IMG/VR virus record: IMGVR_UViG_3300042560_001826
Span: 32,001 to 96,000 of that record
Reading direction: 5' to 3' (one strand)
DNA: 64,000 bases
Origin: a virus
Under the pieces are notes generated by a model, which searched no databases, was not told the DNA's origin, and worked only from the letters and a program-made list of their open reading frames with translations. The translations under genes and the position numbers were made by a program. The first letter of the stretch is position 1. Each line of letters begins with the position of its first letter. Below, piece after piece: positions 1-11,241 of this stretch.

Positions 1-1
1 T

Positions 2-1564
2 CTTACCAGAACAAAAGAATACGAAACAAATCGCAGAAAGCTAATTGATGATGCAAGTCTAAGACAAGAACAGTATAGAAGAAATAGAGCTCTTGCTATA
101 TATGAAGGCCGAATTGATGATGCTAGACTTATGGATCTTGAAGAAATTAATGCTTCAAGAGACTCTAGTAGAGAACTTGCATCCCTTGATGAATCAAGAA
201 GAAAGGAATTAGCAAAAGAAAATCTTGATGCATTGAGAGCAGCAATTGAGGAAGCTAAAGAGCTTGCCGGAAGATTTTTTGATGAATCGCTTGAAAAATT
301 CCAAAACGCTGCAGAGTATATCACTCGCATTGCACCAGTTACAATGGAGCAGTATTCTGCTCAACTGGAGCAGTTAAGAGCTCTTACGACACAATATTCT
401 GATACAAATAATCTTGAGTTTGGCAAAATGTTTGAAAAGTTCAGTACAACGATTACTGATCGTATGCCAAATACTATTGATGATTTTGGCAATGCAATTG
501 GTGGATTCAGCGAACCCCTTGATAAATTAGTTAATCTTGCTCAGCAAAAATATGGTCTGGGTTCGGATGCAGAAAATACATTCCTTGGCGTTACTAAAAA
601 ACTTTCTGATTCAGTTATCGGGGTTACTCTTGGAATGCTTGTTGACATGGGTGGCAAGTTTGAAACTGAAGCTCCAGGCGTTGTTGAAAAATATGGTGAA
701 ATAACTGGTGGTATTAAAGGTGGAACAGATACATTTAAGACAGAAGTTCTAAGCGTATTCGCAGCTCTATTGTCTGAAGTTAAAACAACGTTTATTACAC
801 CTTTTAAAGCTGCTTTTGATGCTTCCGATCCAACAAGTGTATATAACCAAGCAATTGCTGATGGCAATGAGACAATCAAGAGGGAGTTTGAGAAAACACT
901 TAAGTATAATAAAAGTTTGGCAAAAAAGATGGAAGATGCTCTTGATCCTGCAGTTAAGAAATGGATTGAATTGAAAGCTGCTATTGATGACGCTGCGGAA
1001 TCAGCAAAGAATGCAGGCGGTGGTGGTGGAATGGGAGATATTCCAAAGACTGGCGGATATGTCGTTACTCCATATGGTGCAATGCCAACAAGTACGCCTG
1101 GGATTAGAACAATTCTTGAGACTTCAAGGTTAGCAACAAGAGGTGGTGTTGGTGTAAAAATCACCAGTAGAAAAGCCGGTGGAACAATTCCAGGCTCAAT
1201 CAATACGGCTGTTCCAGCAATTCTACACGGTGGCGAATTTGTTCTTAATGCAGCAGCGGTCAAGAGAATTGGTGTTGCAACATTAATGAAATTAAATAAT
1301 TATCAAATTCCACAGTATAAGATGGGAGGTTATGTTCCGTCAAGATTTAGCACTCCTCGCTCCTCCACTCCATCGGTCGGAGGTGTAGCAGTTAATAGCG
1401 TTAGTACGGTCAATATTCAAGTTGAAAACTTTATTGGCCAAGAAGAATGGTTTAAGTCAATGATGAAAGAATACAATATTAATGTTGTTCCGAGAAATCA
1501 AAAAGCCGCCGGTCTTGAATCCAGAACATTCACAAGCTATAGCGGTATTAATCAGGGATTATAA
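2..1564 (+). CDS. Tape measure protein, C-terminal part (gene starts before the window)
   Basis: Frame is open from base 2; helical Ala/Glu/Lys-rich sequence; C-terminal GGTIPG...LHGGEFVLNAAAVKRIG motif typical of TMP C-termini; followed by tail genes. Confidence 0.8.
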   Translation, partial: LTRTKEYETNRRKLIDDASLRQEQYRRNRALAIYEGRIDDARLMDLEEINASRDSSRELASLDESRRKELAKENLDALRAAIEEAKELAGRFFDESLEKFQNAAEYITRIAPVTMEQYSAQLEQLRALTTQYSDTNNLEFGKMFEKFSTTITDRMPNTIDDFGNAIGGFSEPLDKLVNLAQQKYGLGSDAENTFLGVTKKLSDSVIGVTLGMLVDMGGKFETEAPGVVEKYGEITGGIKGGTDTFKTEVLSVFAALLSEVKTTFITPFKAAFDASDPTSVYNQAIADGNETIKREFEKTLKYNKSLAKKMEDALDPAVKKWIELKAAIDDAAESAKNAGGGGGMGDIPKTGGYVVTPYGAMPTSTPGIRTILETSRLATRGGVGVKITSRKAGGTIPGSINTAVPAILHGGEFVLNAAAVKRIGVATLMKLNNYQIPQYKMGGYVPSRFSTPRSSTPSVGGVAVNSVSTVNIQVENFIGQEEWFKSMMKEYNINVVPRNQKAAGLESRTFTSYSGINQGL

Positions 1565-1980
1565 TGGCTATACAGAATCAGCAAACGGGAATTACACATT
1601 TAGTCGTTTTAAATGGCGAAGAGATTACTGAGCATAATCGTATTTTTGATGGCGGATTTAAAATCAATTCAGAATCTGTTGAACTAGCAAATGGTAACAA
1701 AAGAAGATTTATTAAAAATAATAAAAACTCATATAGTTTATCTTTTCAATATCTTCCAAACTCTCATACGGAAACAATTGATGGAAGAAAAGCAAGAGAT
1801 TATTTACTGCAGCTGGCAAGAACTCCATCCAGCTTATCTTTATCAATAAAACTTGATCCGTCTGAACCGTTTTATAATACGACAGTATATGTTGATTCTT
1901 ATACCGAAACACTTATTCGCCGGGATATCCCGAATCAATGTGCGTATTATAATGTCAATATGAATTTAATTGAGGCATAA
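1564..1980 (+). CDS. Putative distal tail (Dit-like) protein
   Basis: 138 aa directly after the TMP; similar to the C-terminal domain of the next gene. Confidence 0.55.
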   Translation: MAIQNQQTGITHLVVLNGEEITEHNRIFDGGFKINSESVELANGNKRRFIKNNKNSYSLSFQYLPNSHTETIDGRKARDYLLQLARTPSSLSLSIKLDPSEPFYNTTVYVDSYTETLIRRDIPNQCAYYNVNMNLIEA

Positions 1981-1982
1981 AT

Positions 1983-3053
1983 ATGTCATCTAATAGCATC
2001 TTTAGTTTCTCAGATCCATTTTCTAGCGGCATAGATTTCTTTACCCCAGATGATTATCGCACAATAGCTACATCAATTCAAATTGAATCTAATCTTGTTG
2101 TGCAATTCCAAAAAACTGCGTTTAGTTCAGTGCAAATTGATGCAAATTCCAATGCTTCTATAACAATAACAAAAATTGCTTTTGCCTCAGCAAATATAAT
2201 TTGCGATGGGGCTACATTAACATTAGGAACAAGAATTAAGCTTGCAGAGTGTTCAATATCAGCAACATCAAATCTAACAGTGTCTGCTGTAAAGACTGCA
2301 CTATCGCAAGTCGCAATTCAAGCAAATTCAAATCTCACGACATCACTACTTAAGACAGCTTTGGGATCTGTATTAATAACAGCAGAATCTAATGCAACTG
2401 TAGTAGCAACCAAGATTGCTTCTGGTGCTTCTGTAATATCAGCAACATCAAATCTTACAGCGCTTGCAAGACTAATTAGGTTTGCAAGCTCTTCAATAAG
2501 TGGCAATGTAAATCTTACAGTTGCTGGAGATATTATTCTTGTCACTGCAAGGATTGAAATATTTAATAATACAAATATTACTGCTCAAGCAATAAGATTT
2601 AGTAATTCTATAACTGCTGACTTTAGCCTTATTAGAACACTTCTAATGCTTGATGGTGTACCGCTTACAAACCAAAATAGACAACTTGATGTTGCAGTTG
2701 CTCCCGTTTATATAGAAAATAATAATTGGCAGGGCGATACATCAAGATATTATAAAAATACTAGCGCACTCGCTGGCGGGAAGAGAACATTCAATCTTCA
2801 GTGGAGATTTATACCAAATTATGAAAATAAAACCGTTGATTTAAAAGCTTCTCGTAACTATATTAAGAAAAAGTCAAAAGACGGTGATGTTCATACATTA
2901 ACTATAGTGAAGCAAGACGAGAGTGGAACAACTCCATATACAGAAGAGGCTATAGATGTATTTATAACTAATTATTCAGAGAATCTTATAAGAAGAGACT
3001 TGATTGATGATGTATACTATTTTGATTGCTCACTTTCACTTGAGGAGGTCTGA
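1983..3053 (+). CDS. Tail protein with N-terminal IxAxSNLT repeats and a C-terminal Dit-like domain
   Basis: Repeated Ser/Ala/Ile units; C-terminus LDGVPLTNQNR...YSENLIRRD aligns with LNGEEITEHNR...YTETLIRRD of 1564-1980. Confidence 0.6.
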   Translation: MSSNSIFSFSDPFSSGIDFFTPDDYRTIATSIQIESNLVVQFQKTAFSSVQIDANSNASITITKIAFASANIICDGATLTLGTRIKLAECSISATSNLTVSAVKTALSQVAIQANSNLTTSLLKTALGSVLITAESNATVVATKIASGASVISATSNLTALARLIRFASSSISGNVNLTVAGDIILVTARIEIFNNTNITAQAIRFSNSITADFSLIRTLLMLDGVPLTNQNRQLDVAVAPVYIENNNWQGDTSRYYKNTSALAGGKRTFNLQWRFIPNYENKTVDLKASRNYIKKKSKDGDVHTLTIVKQDESGTTPYTEEAIDVFITNYSENLIRRDLIDDVYYFDCSLSLEEV

Positions 3054-6000
3054 TGATTACAATTGATCAATATAGTAAAGACCTGTCCTCAGACTTTAAT
3101 ACAGCTATTGCCGCCAAAGCGCAAAAAATTAAGCCAAAAGTAGTGGTGACTTGGCTGGATAGTCGCCATCTGGATAACCTTGTCGTTACTACAAACAGTT
3201 CTCATGCAAATACATCGTACCCAGAAACCGGCTTCTATTTTTCAGCTTCAGAGGCTTTTAACGGGATTGAAAGGCAATCGTTTACATGGGGTGTAGCAGG
3301 CGCTAAGGACAGGGATGGCGATGTTATAAAGGCAGATGGCACTTGGCACACAATGCCATCTTTAATAACAACAGATCTCGCAAATACGCAGGTTGGCGGC
3401 AATTTAGAGTTCGGGTGGTGGTCGGCCAGTCAAAGCAATGCTTCTGTGCATGGCACATATTCTGGCTATGGATTTGTTACTGATCCATATATTGAGGCTA
3501 CTTTTACATCAAGAAAAGTTAATAAGATTAGAATTATTACATCTGAATACTATGGTCGGATAGCCAACTATACTATCTATGTTTATGATTCATCTAATAA
3601 TCTCGTCGTTTCATTTAGTGATTTAATACCAGCCAGTACATATTACAAGGATCATATTTTATCAGCAGCACTCTCTACACAGAATATAGCAAAAATAAGA
3701 GTCACTGTTCATAGTACTCGTAATCCATCTGATAATGCAAGAATTCAAGAAGTTATTCCACTTTATGAAGAGGATATGAGTGATTATGTAATTTCAATGT
3801 CTTTAAACAGAACTAGAGATATTCACGAGACAAGTTTACCTATTGGCGGGAGTGAAATGGGAACAGCGTCTGTTGAATTTGATAACACAACAAAAAAGTT
3901 TAATATCTTTGATAATAGCTCTCAATATGGTAAGTATTTAAAAAAGGAATTAAAAGTTGATATTTATTCTGGTTGGAGAATTAAAAAGCCATCTGATGAC
4001 TACATAGATAATATTTATCTTGATACATTTTTAACCGCTAATGCAAATTCAACAACAACAAGTTTAAGTGTAAATGATACATCAATATTTCCATCTGGTG
4101 GAGCTGGGAATCATTTTGTTGTAATTTTAGACAAAGATACACAATCTGAAGAATTGATTCTCTGCTCAGGCGTAACTTTGCCAAGCACCCTAAATGTCGT
4201 TCAGAGAGGGTATGCTGGCACAACTGCAAAATCCCATACTACTCAATCTTCTGTAAAATTTGAAGTTTATGAATATGTAAAAAATGGTACTTATTATATT
4301 GATGAATGGAATACAACATCTTCCTCAATGACAGTTGGTGCATCAATGCAAGACTGGACAAAGTATCTTGTTGAGAAGACAATTAAATACGGCTTCCTTT
4401 TACAAAATGCATATGTTGGAGATGCTGTTAAGAATTTATTGATGCGCTCCAATTTTCCACGAGCTGATATTGAAAAACTAAGTAAATATTCACAGGGTGC
4501 TATTGAAAGAGGTGCTATTGCTAGTTATTCATTTAAAGAAGAAACAATTGATAGAAGTGGAAATAATATTATTCCTTCAAATGGTCTTCGTGCAAGATTT
4601 TGGGGCATGCCATCAAATAAAAAAGACATATCTGTAAAAGATATTTTAGCTGATGCTCTTGATAGACAGCTAACTAAAATGGATCTAGCTCTTGGAGAAA
4701 CAAGATTTGTTAGCCCCTCATATGTTGCTCTATCTAAAAGTATATCTTCAAACTCATCTAACGCTATTCAATTGGTTGATTACTCATTCACTGGTGCCAA
4801 CGGCACCTCGTATTCAGATTATTATAATGGCGTTATTGATGGATATTATATTCCTTTAGCAAGCGGTAATCAAAATCTTGTTATATATATTACAGGCGGA
4901 GGTGTAAGATTATATCTTGATGATGCTTTGATTATAAATAAGTGGAATACTTATGAATCAAATACAAGATTGCAAAGTACAACAGTAAATCTTACCGCTG
5001 GAGTTCCAAGAAAAATAAGGCTAGAGTTTTATCACCCTTATAATAATGGCCCGACATCTAATTTTAGATTGGCTCTTTATAAAGTTGTTGGTGCTGGCGT
5101 TGATACACTTGTAACGGCAAATGAATGCACTACAATAGCAGCTTTTGATTCTATTGGTACAAAAAATGCTTCAAGCAACTTAACTGTTGCAGATGCATAT
5201 AATATGAGAAATAATGGCATTTATATAAATAATCCCAAGTTAAGTCAGCCAACTGGTTTAATATCTGAAACTCAAGATGGAGCCGTTTTATTAGAATCTA
5301 ATGCATATATTAGAATACCAATGCATGACAGTATTAATATTTCAAATGCAAATTCATCACTATATACTGGTAAATGGACAATTGAATTTTATGGGAAATT
5401 CAATACCGGTTCGTTTAGCTCAAATGGTGAATATATTAGCACTTGGGCTAATGGCACTCCAACAAGCGGATTTGAATTTTTTAACAATAGTTCGTCAAAC
5501 GGATTTAAAATAAGGACATTATCTAATTCTGTAGTAATTACAGAGACGGTTTCTTCAAATACTGCTCTTTCAAGTAACTCTTTTAATCACATAGTCGCAA
5601 CCTTTGATGGAACAAAGCTTTACTACTATGTAAATGGAGATCTCAAATCAAATACAACAATTGTTGGATCACAAATTGCTTTTGCTTCTGATATAACAAT
5701 CGGAGGTAGAGGAGCTTCATTTACTGCAAATGTTGGTGAAGTCGCACCATCAACCATAAGAACTTTCACCATTGACGAATTCCAAATTTATAATCAGACT
5801 CTCACACCTACTCAAATCAAAGATAGATATTCAGAATCTCAAATTCAGCCATTAACTAATTTTGCATTTTTGTATGGGAACAACTCTAGTTTAAAGCAAA
5901 TAATTGACGACATTACATTTGCAGATATCGGAAGGCTATATATTGATGAACTTGGAAAAGCAAAATATGAACATTTCTATAGATTCTTTGAAACATCAAT

Positions 6001-6985
6001 TGATCAGCATGCCAATGTTCAATCAACAATTAGTGATTCAACATATCTTATTGATGGCAGTTATACGGTGCAATTGCAATGTAATAAGGTAGATGTTCCT
6101 CTTTCTGGTCTGCAAAAAGCAATAGATGCAAAACAGGCTTTGTGGAATATTGATAATGATACAACAATTACAGCAGTTACATTATCTTCTAATATGACAG
6201 CCAATTCCAATGTTGCATATTATTCTTCAAATTCTGATATCCCATTCCCTAATGCTGGGTATATAAAAATTGGTAGCGAAATAATTAAATATAATTCAAA
6301 GACTGGTAATTCATTTAACAATCTTGAAAGAGGTCAGTTTCAAACAGCCGCAGCATCCCATATTATTAATGATGGCAACGGTTCAAAGATTAGAGAAGTT
6401 AAATACTTCAATGTCTCCTTCCAGAAAGCACCGGCTTTTAATGTTCAGACTCCATTTATAACTGCAATTAGAATAGATGAGCCAGATCTTCTTGAAATCC
6501 ATAAATATATCCCATACGCCTATGGTGCAGAACTAATAATTGCTGCGGCAAATACAGCTCCAGTAGAAAAGATAATAATGCTTGCTGGTGAAGATCGTGA
6601 AACGCGGTATCCATACGCAACATCAATTGCTGGCATCCCTGTTGAGATTTCTGAACAGAATTCTGATATTAAATCACAAACAGCATCTGTTGCTGAAAGC
6701 ATTAAAAAGTATGGAATTAAAGATGTTACAATTCAAAGTAATTTTATTAATGACGCAATTCATGCGCAAAGAATTGCTGATTTTATTATTTCCAAAACGC
6801 AAATACCAGTGGCTATTTTAAATGTTACGACAGTAATAATGCCAAAAGTACAACTAGGCGATAGAATAAGGATATCTAATTTTACAGCTCTCGGAATTAC
6901 AAATACCGATTATTGGGTGATATCATATAGTAGAACAATCGGTAGTAATTTTACTCAGCAGATGACTCTTAGGCAGGTTTCATAA
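3053..6985 (+). CDS. Large minor tail/baseplate protein with PA14-like and LamG/ConA-like domains
   Basis: 1310 aa; GGVRLYLDDALIINKW (PA14-like); HIVATFDGTKLYYYVNG...IDEFQIYNQTLT (LamG-like); C-terminal QLGDRIRI hub-like motif. Confidence 0.7.
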   Translation: MITIDQYSKDLSSDFNTAIAAKAQKIKPKVVVTWLDSRHLDNLVVTTNSSHANTSYPETGFYFSASEAFNGIERQSFTWGVAGAKDRDGDVIKADGTWHTMPSLITTDLANTQVGGNLEFGWWSASQSNASVHGTYSGYGFVTDPYIEATFTSRKVNKIRIITSEYYGRIANYTIYVYDSSNNLVVSFSDLIPASTYYKDHILSAALSTQNIAKIRVTVHSTRNPSDNARIQEVIPLYEEDMSDYVISMSLNRTRDIHETSLPIGGSEMGTASVEFDNTTKKFNIFDNSSQYGKYLKKELKVDIYSGWRIKKPSDDYIDNIYLDTFLTANANSTTTSLSVNDTSIFPSGGAGNHFVVILDKDTQSEELILCSGVTLPSTLNVVQRGYAGTTAKSHTTQSSVKFEVYEYVKNGTYYIDEWNTTSSSMTVGASMQDWTKYLVEKTIKYGFLLQNAYVGDAVKNLLMRSNFPRADIEKLSKYSQGAIERGAIASYSFKEETIDRSGNNIIPSNGLRARFWGMPSNKKDISVKDILADALDRQLTKMDLALGETRFVSPSYVALSKSISSNSSNAIQLVDYSFTGANGTSYSDYYNGVIDGYYIPLASGNQNLVIYITGGGVRLYLDDALIINKWNTYESNTRLQSTTVNLTAGVPRKIRLEFYHPYNNGPTSNFRLALYKVVGAGVDTLVTANECTTIAAFDSIGTKNASSNLTVADAYNMRNNGIYINNPKLSQPTGLISETQDGAVLLESNAYIRIPMHDSINISNANSSLYTGKWTIEFYGKFNTGSFSSNGEYISTWANGTPTSGFEFFNNSSSNGFKIRTLSNSVVITETVSSNTALSSNSFNHIVATFDGTKLYYYVNGDLKSNTTIVGSQIAFASDITIGGRGASFTANVGEVAPSTIRTFTIDEFQIYNQTLTPTQIKDRYSESQIQPLTNFAFLYGNNSSLKQIIDDITFADIGRLYIDELGKAKYEHFYRFFETSIDQHANVQSTISDSTYLIDGSYTVQLQCNKVDVPLSGLQKAIDAKQALWNIDNDTTITAVTLSSNMTANSNVAYYSSNSDIPFPNAGYIKIGSEIIKYNSKTGNSFNNLERGQFQTAAASHIINDGNGSKIREVKYFNVSFQKAPAFNVQTPFITAIRIDEPDLLEIHKYIPYAYGAELIIAAANTAPVEKIIMLAGEDRETRYPYATSIAGIPVEISEQNSDIKSQTASVAESIKKYGIKDVTIQSNFINDAIHAQRIADFIISKTQIPVAILNVTTVIMPKVQLGDRIRISNFTALGITNTDYWVISYSRTIGSNFTQQMTLRQVS

Positions 6986-8469
6986 TGATGAACGAATCAT
7001 CAATATATTTCTTTCCCGGTGGTGGACATAATCATGATGGTAATAACTCGTCATTAATTAACACATCCGCATATTCAATATTTGATTTTGATTTTGGAAA
7101 TATTGGTGGTCCCAACAGGGTTTATCGTCAAGAATTAAATCAAAATGGTTTTAAACAATTTATTATTGCAACTGTTAACTCTTCAATTCTTGAACCATCA
7201 GGTCTCGTTCTACAACCTGGCGTTGTAAATGGCAATGCTCATATTATTGCAGGCAGTGTAACTGGAAATGAAATATCGGCAAATACGATCACCGCAAATA
7301 ATATTGTTGCTGGAACAATTACAGCAAATCTTCTTTCAGCAAATATTGTTCTAGTTGATAATGTTATTAGAAGTAATAATTTTGATGGCACAATTGCTTC
7401 AAATGGAATTATTACATCTTCGGGGAATACTGGGTGGGCAATAACATGGGCCGGCGATGCGGTATTTGATAGCTCTGTAATTAGAGGATCAATTGTCGCA
7501 GCCTCGGTATCAACCCCTGGTGTTGATATATTTTCAAATGGTACATTGTCAGCAAACGCATTTACATTATATGGCAATGGTGCAATTGTAACATCATCTG
7601 GTAATTTCTCTGTAGATGCTAGCGGTAATCTTTCCGCAAATAATGCTGATATAACTGGAGAAATTAATGCAAACACTGGTGAGATTGGAAATTGGTCAAT
7701 AGGAGCGACATCACTTTCTTCTGCAGATGGCACTATATTCCTTTATAGTGATGGAACAGGTTCATCAATAGTTGTTGGTACTGGAGTATCTGATCAAATT
7801 GTTCTTAGTTCAGACGGAGATTTGTACTCTGTTCGCAATAATGTGCAGACAACAATAAATGGTGTTGCTGATGCTTATTACAGTATTCGGGTCATTGATA
7901 GTTCAACTCCATACACTACAAAAATCTCTCCGCAGTTAATTTCTTCCGTCTATGGAGGCTCTTTTTCTTTTCTTGCATATAACGAAATTTATTCAACTGG
8001 TGAAATCGGAATGGGAACTGGGAATGTAAATGGTATCGGAATAGCATATCCTGGATGTACAACTGGTCCCGGAACTGCAAATTACATGGGGCTCGTATGG
8101 GACAACCCAGATATTCGCGGCACAGTTGATAATGTTGTTTCTGCTGTTCTTGGAACTGTATCCGATATAAGGTTTAAAACAGACATATCAGATATTGGAG
8201 ATGAATATATTGATAAAATACTTAATGATATTAATATTATTCAATACACTCCTATTGATAAATTAAATAATGATAGATTAGGAGATACCCGTAGAGCTGG
8301 TATTATTGCTCAAGAAATAATTGACATATTTCCAGACCTTATTGATGGAGATTATAATAATCCAGATGCGTATTTATCTGTCAATTATGCTGGCTTTGTT
8401 CCATATCTGATAAAAACAATTCAATATCTTAATGATAAAATTAAAAAACTTGAGGAGAGTCAGAAATGA
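6985..8469 (+). CDS. Tail fibre/spike with C-terminal intramolecular chaperone (peptidase S74-like)
   Basis: ITANxIxAG repeats; SDIRFKTDI...GIIAQE...VNYAGFVPYLIKTIQ followed by a coiled coil. Confidence 0.8.
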   Translation: MMNESSIYFFPGGGHNHDGNNSSLINTSAYSIFDFDFGNIGGPNRVYRQELNQNGFKQFIIATVNSSILEPSGLVLQPGVVNGNAHIIAGSVTGNEISANTITANNIVAGTITANLLSANIVLVDNVIRSNNFDGTIASNGIITSSGNTGWAITWAGDAVFDSSVIRGSIVAASVSTPGVDIFSNGTLSANAFTLYGNGAIVTSSGNFSVDASGNLSANNADITGEINANTGEIGNWSIGATSLSSADGTIFLYSDGTGSSIVVGTGVSDQIVLSSDGDLYSVRNNVQTTINGVADAYYSIRVIDSSTPYTTKISPQLISSVYGGSFSFLAYNEIYSTGEIGMGTGNVNGIGIAYPGCTTGPGTANYMGLVWDNPDIRGTVDNVVSAVLGTVSDIRFKTDISDIGDEYIDKILNDINIIQYTPIDKLNNDRLGDTRRAGIIAQEIIDIFPDLIDGDYNNPDAYLSVNYAGFVPYLIKTIQYLNDKIKKLEESQK

Positions 8470-8654
8470 CAAAGAGTGATTTAGACAGTTATGTATTAAG
8501 TAATATGTCAAAATACACAACACTAAATGAGAGCAGGGCAAATCGTATATCTGGCATTATTTGGAGAGTTTATGAATTTGATTTAGTAGCAAAATCTGAC
8601 GCTGAGTGTCACATTTTGATTGATGAAATAATGAATAATATCTTTGATAATTGA
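8466..8654 (+). CDS. Hypothetical protein
   Basis: ATGA overlap with the upstream stop; GGAG RBS. Confidence 0.5.
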   Translation: MTKSDLDSYVLSNMSKYTTLNESRANRISGIIWRVYEFDLVAKSDAECHILIDEIMNNIFDN

Positions 8655-8674
8655 AAATGAGGTATAATAGATAA

Positions 8675-9352
8675 ATGGCATACGAAAACTATTCAATCGT
8701 CTCATGGACAGACGGAACTCCAATAACTGGTGAGCGACTTCAGCAAATGTCCACTAATATTCAGCAAGTCAAAGAGGCTACTGACGATCGACCGCAGGGT
8801 ATTAAAAAATACAAGTCTGTCACCTCTGGTAGTGGTAACTTTACAAACTTTGCTACAACAAATGAAATTATTGCTCTTAAAGATGAAACTGGAACCGGCG
8901 GTGCCGACAGAAGAGTTACGATTGAAGGGAATAGATATTATCGCGTTGTTTTAAATTTCACAGGGTTTGTTGTTGATGCAAAAGGGGCAGAGGATGCTTA
9001 TTATGTAGTCTCTCTACATCACGGCACCCATGGAGGGGTTAATACAATGATTTATTCTGCAGAATTTACACCTCCTATATTTGCGTACATCAATGTCGCA
9101 ACGGCTGGTGCAGGAGCAACGATTAGCAATATTGCTCTCAGAAGTGATTCATATGACAGCAGATTTGGTGCTGGAACTCATTCTGTTGTGATTGCAAGCG
9201 ACGGTGCTGGTTTTACAAATAGATCATTCTTTGCTGCCGTAAATAGATTCCAAGGATTAAGTTCAGCAAATGCTCCAGCATATAGTGTTCCGGCATCTTC
9301 TGGAACTAGAGAGTTGCAATTATATGTTGAGGATATTGGAGGCGTTGTCTGA
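8675..9352 (+). CDS. Probable virion structural protein
   Basis: N-terminal WTDGTPITGERLQQM resembles tail/baseplate anchor motifs; beta-rich. Confidence 0.5.
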   Translation: MAYENYSIVSWTDGTPITGERLQQMSTNIQQVKEATDDRPQGIKKYKSVTSGSGNFTNFATTNEIIALKDETGTGGADRRVTIEGNRYYRVVLNFTGFVVDAKGAEDAYYVVSLHHGTHGGVNTMIYSAEFTPPIFAYINVATAGAGATISNIALRSDSYDSRFGAGTHSVVIASDGAGFTNRSFFAAVNRFQGLSSANAPAYSVPASSGTRELQLYVEDIGGVV

Positions 9353-9408
9353 GAAGATCAACATTAGCATCTCAGAGAGAAGATGTTAAATGGAATGATC
9401 GCGCTCCA

Positions 9409-9774
9409 ATGGGTGAAGGTAGTCCAAATTATCGTGGTGGAAAATATATTGATGATAAAGGCTATGTTCGGGTATTAAAACCAGATCACCCAAAAAATAT
9501 CCGGGGATACACTTATGAGCATCGGCTTGTAATGGAAAAATATCTTGGAAGATTTTTACAAGCTTGGGAGACTGTACATCACATCAATGAGGTCAAAATA
9601 GATAATCGACTGGATAATCTCTTTTTGTGCTCTCATAAAGAACACAGTGCAATACATCGTGAAGGAACTAAATTATCTGACGATCACCGCAATAAGTTGC
9701 GCCAGATGGCATATAATAATAAGCCTCATACTAGAAAAAGAAATTTTGCAAAAAATATTCCAAGAAAAAAGTGA
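9409..9774 (+). CDS. HNH endonuclease
   Basis: YEHRLVME...VHHINEVKIDNRLDNL motif. Confidence 0.85.
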   Translation: MGEGSPNYRGGKYIDDKGYVRVLKPDHPKNIRGYTYEHRLVMEKYLGRFLQAWETVHHINEVKIDNRLDNLFLCSHKEHSAIHREGTKLSDDHRNKLRQMAYNNKPHTRKRNFAKNIPRKK

Positions 9775-9835
9775 AAGTCTGACCGATTTTGCGGAAGTCA
9801 TATGGTATGATTTCCGTAGGAGTTGATAAATCCTT

Positions 9836-11005
9836 ATGAAAATATGCGAAGCAGAAGGCTGCAATCAGCAGTTTGAACCAAAAGCCGCCAATCACAAATA
9901 CGCCGACAAAGACTGTCGGAAGTCAATTGATATTGGTGGTCTATGTAAATTTAGAAGAGAGAAAGGACTATTTGAAGTGCCAGTAAATCCAGTAACAGGT
10001 GAAGTCCCAAAGACTGATGCCGAACTAAAAGTTGCTTATTCCAAGCTATTAAGTGAATATAAAAAAGTAAAGGAGAAGAGCGACGATTTTGTAGATGCAA
10101 TATTCAGAGCAGTAAAGGAAGATATTAAATCTTCTAAGAGTGTTAAAATTCCAAAACCAAAAATTGCAAAGGGTAAAGGAACGCCTGAAGTTGCTGTTGC
10201 AATCCTTTCGGATTGGCAATTATCTAAAATTACACCAGATTACAATTCGCAAGTATGTGAAGAAAGAATCTACAAGTTTGCAGAAAAAGTTGTTCATCTG
10301 ACCAATATTCAGCGTAAAGATCATCCAGTCAATGAATTAAGAATATGGGCGCTTGGAGATATTATTGAGGGAGAGCTTATATTCCCTGGGCAATCCTTCC
10401 TTGTTGATGGCGGTCTATATCGCCAAATCACCGTTGATGGTCCTAGGATCATGAAGAATTTTATCAACATTATGTTGGAAAATTTTGAGAAAGTAACATT
10501 TGTCGGTGTTATTGGTAATCATGGTTCAATCGGTGGAAGAGCCAGAAGAGACCATGACCCAGAGACTAACGGTGATAGAATGCTATACCGCATTACGCAG
10601 TTGATGTTTGAAAAAGAACCAAGAGTGAAGTTTATCATTCCAGATGGAAGAGGTGAGCGTCACTGGTATGCCGTTGATAAGATTGGCAAATATAGGGCTT
10701 TGCTATGTCACGGCGATCAATTTGGAAGTCTTTCATCTTTCTATGCCTTCCAAAAGAAAGCTTATGGTTGGAAAATTGGTGCGGTTGATGAAGATTTTGA
10801 TGATATCTATATCGGTCATTTTCACACCCCAACCAAGATGACATTCAACACTGTTCAGTTAAGAATTTCTGGAAGTCCAGAGTCTGTTAATACCTATGCT
10901 GCAGAAACTCTTGCTGCTGTTGGAAGACCATCACAAACTTTAGTCTTTGTCCATCCAGAAAAAGGATTGGTAACAGCGGAGTATAACTGCTGGCTTGATC
11001 AATGA
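9836..11005 (+). CDS. Calcineurin-like metallophosphoesterase with N-terminal Cys cluster
   Basis: SDWQ, GDIIEG, GNHG, HGD and GHFH motifs. Confidence 0.85.
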   Translation: MKICEAEGCNQQFEPKAANHKYADKDCRKSIDIGGLCKFRREKGLFEVPVNPVTGEVPKTDAELKVAYSKLLSEYKKVKEKSDDFVDAIFRAVKEDIKSSKSVKIPKPKIAKGKGTPEVAVAILSDWQLSKITPDYNSQVCEERIYKFAEKVVHLTNIQRKDHPVNELRIWALGDIIEGELIFPGQSFLVDGGLYRQITVDGPRIMKNFINIMLENFEKVTFVGVIGNHGSIGGRARRDHDPETNGDRMLYRITQLMFEKEPRVKFIIPDGRGERHWYAVDKIGKYRALLCHGDQFGSLSSFYAFQKKAYGWKIGAVDEDFDDIYIGHFHTPTKMTFNTVQLRISGSPESVNTYAAETLAAVGRPSQTLVFVHPEKGLVTAEYNCWLDQ

Positions 11006-11241
11006 AAAAGATTAATATTCCGGAGTTAAAAGCGTATTATCTTCAACACGATATTCGTTGCTCGCATTGCAATAATAAAATGTTGGCAGGTGTTCAATAT
11101 TATGCCCTTAAAACAATGTGGGTTGAATTCTCATGCGTTGGTTGTGCAAGAGGTGGAGATATTGAATTAAAGAAACTTAACGGTATCCTTAGAGAGTTTA
11201 ACTTTCTACCTGTTAGGGAACGCTATGTTGTTTCAGAATAA
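11002..11241 (+). CDS. Small zinc-finger protein
   Basis: CSHC...CVGC; translationally coupled. Confidence 0.55.
   Translation: MKKINIPELKAYYLQHDIRCSHCNNKMLAGVQYYALKTMWVEFSCVGCARGGDIELKKLNGILREFNFLPVRERYVVSE

Noticed and set aside
541-1263. Long antisense and alternative-frame ORFs (for example 541-1263, 7239-7733, 17201-17653, 54377-54817, 59400-59852)
   Set aside because: Shadows of well-supported genes, with no RBS or recognisable motifs.
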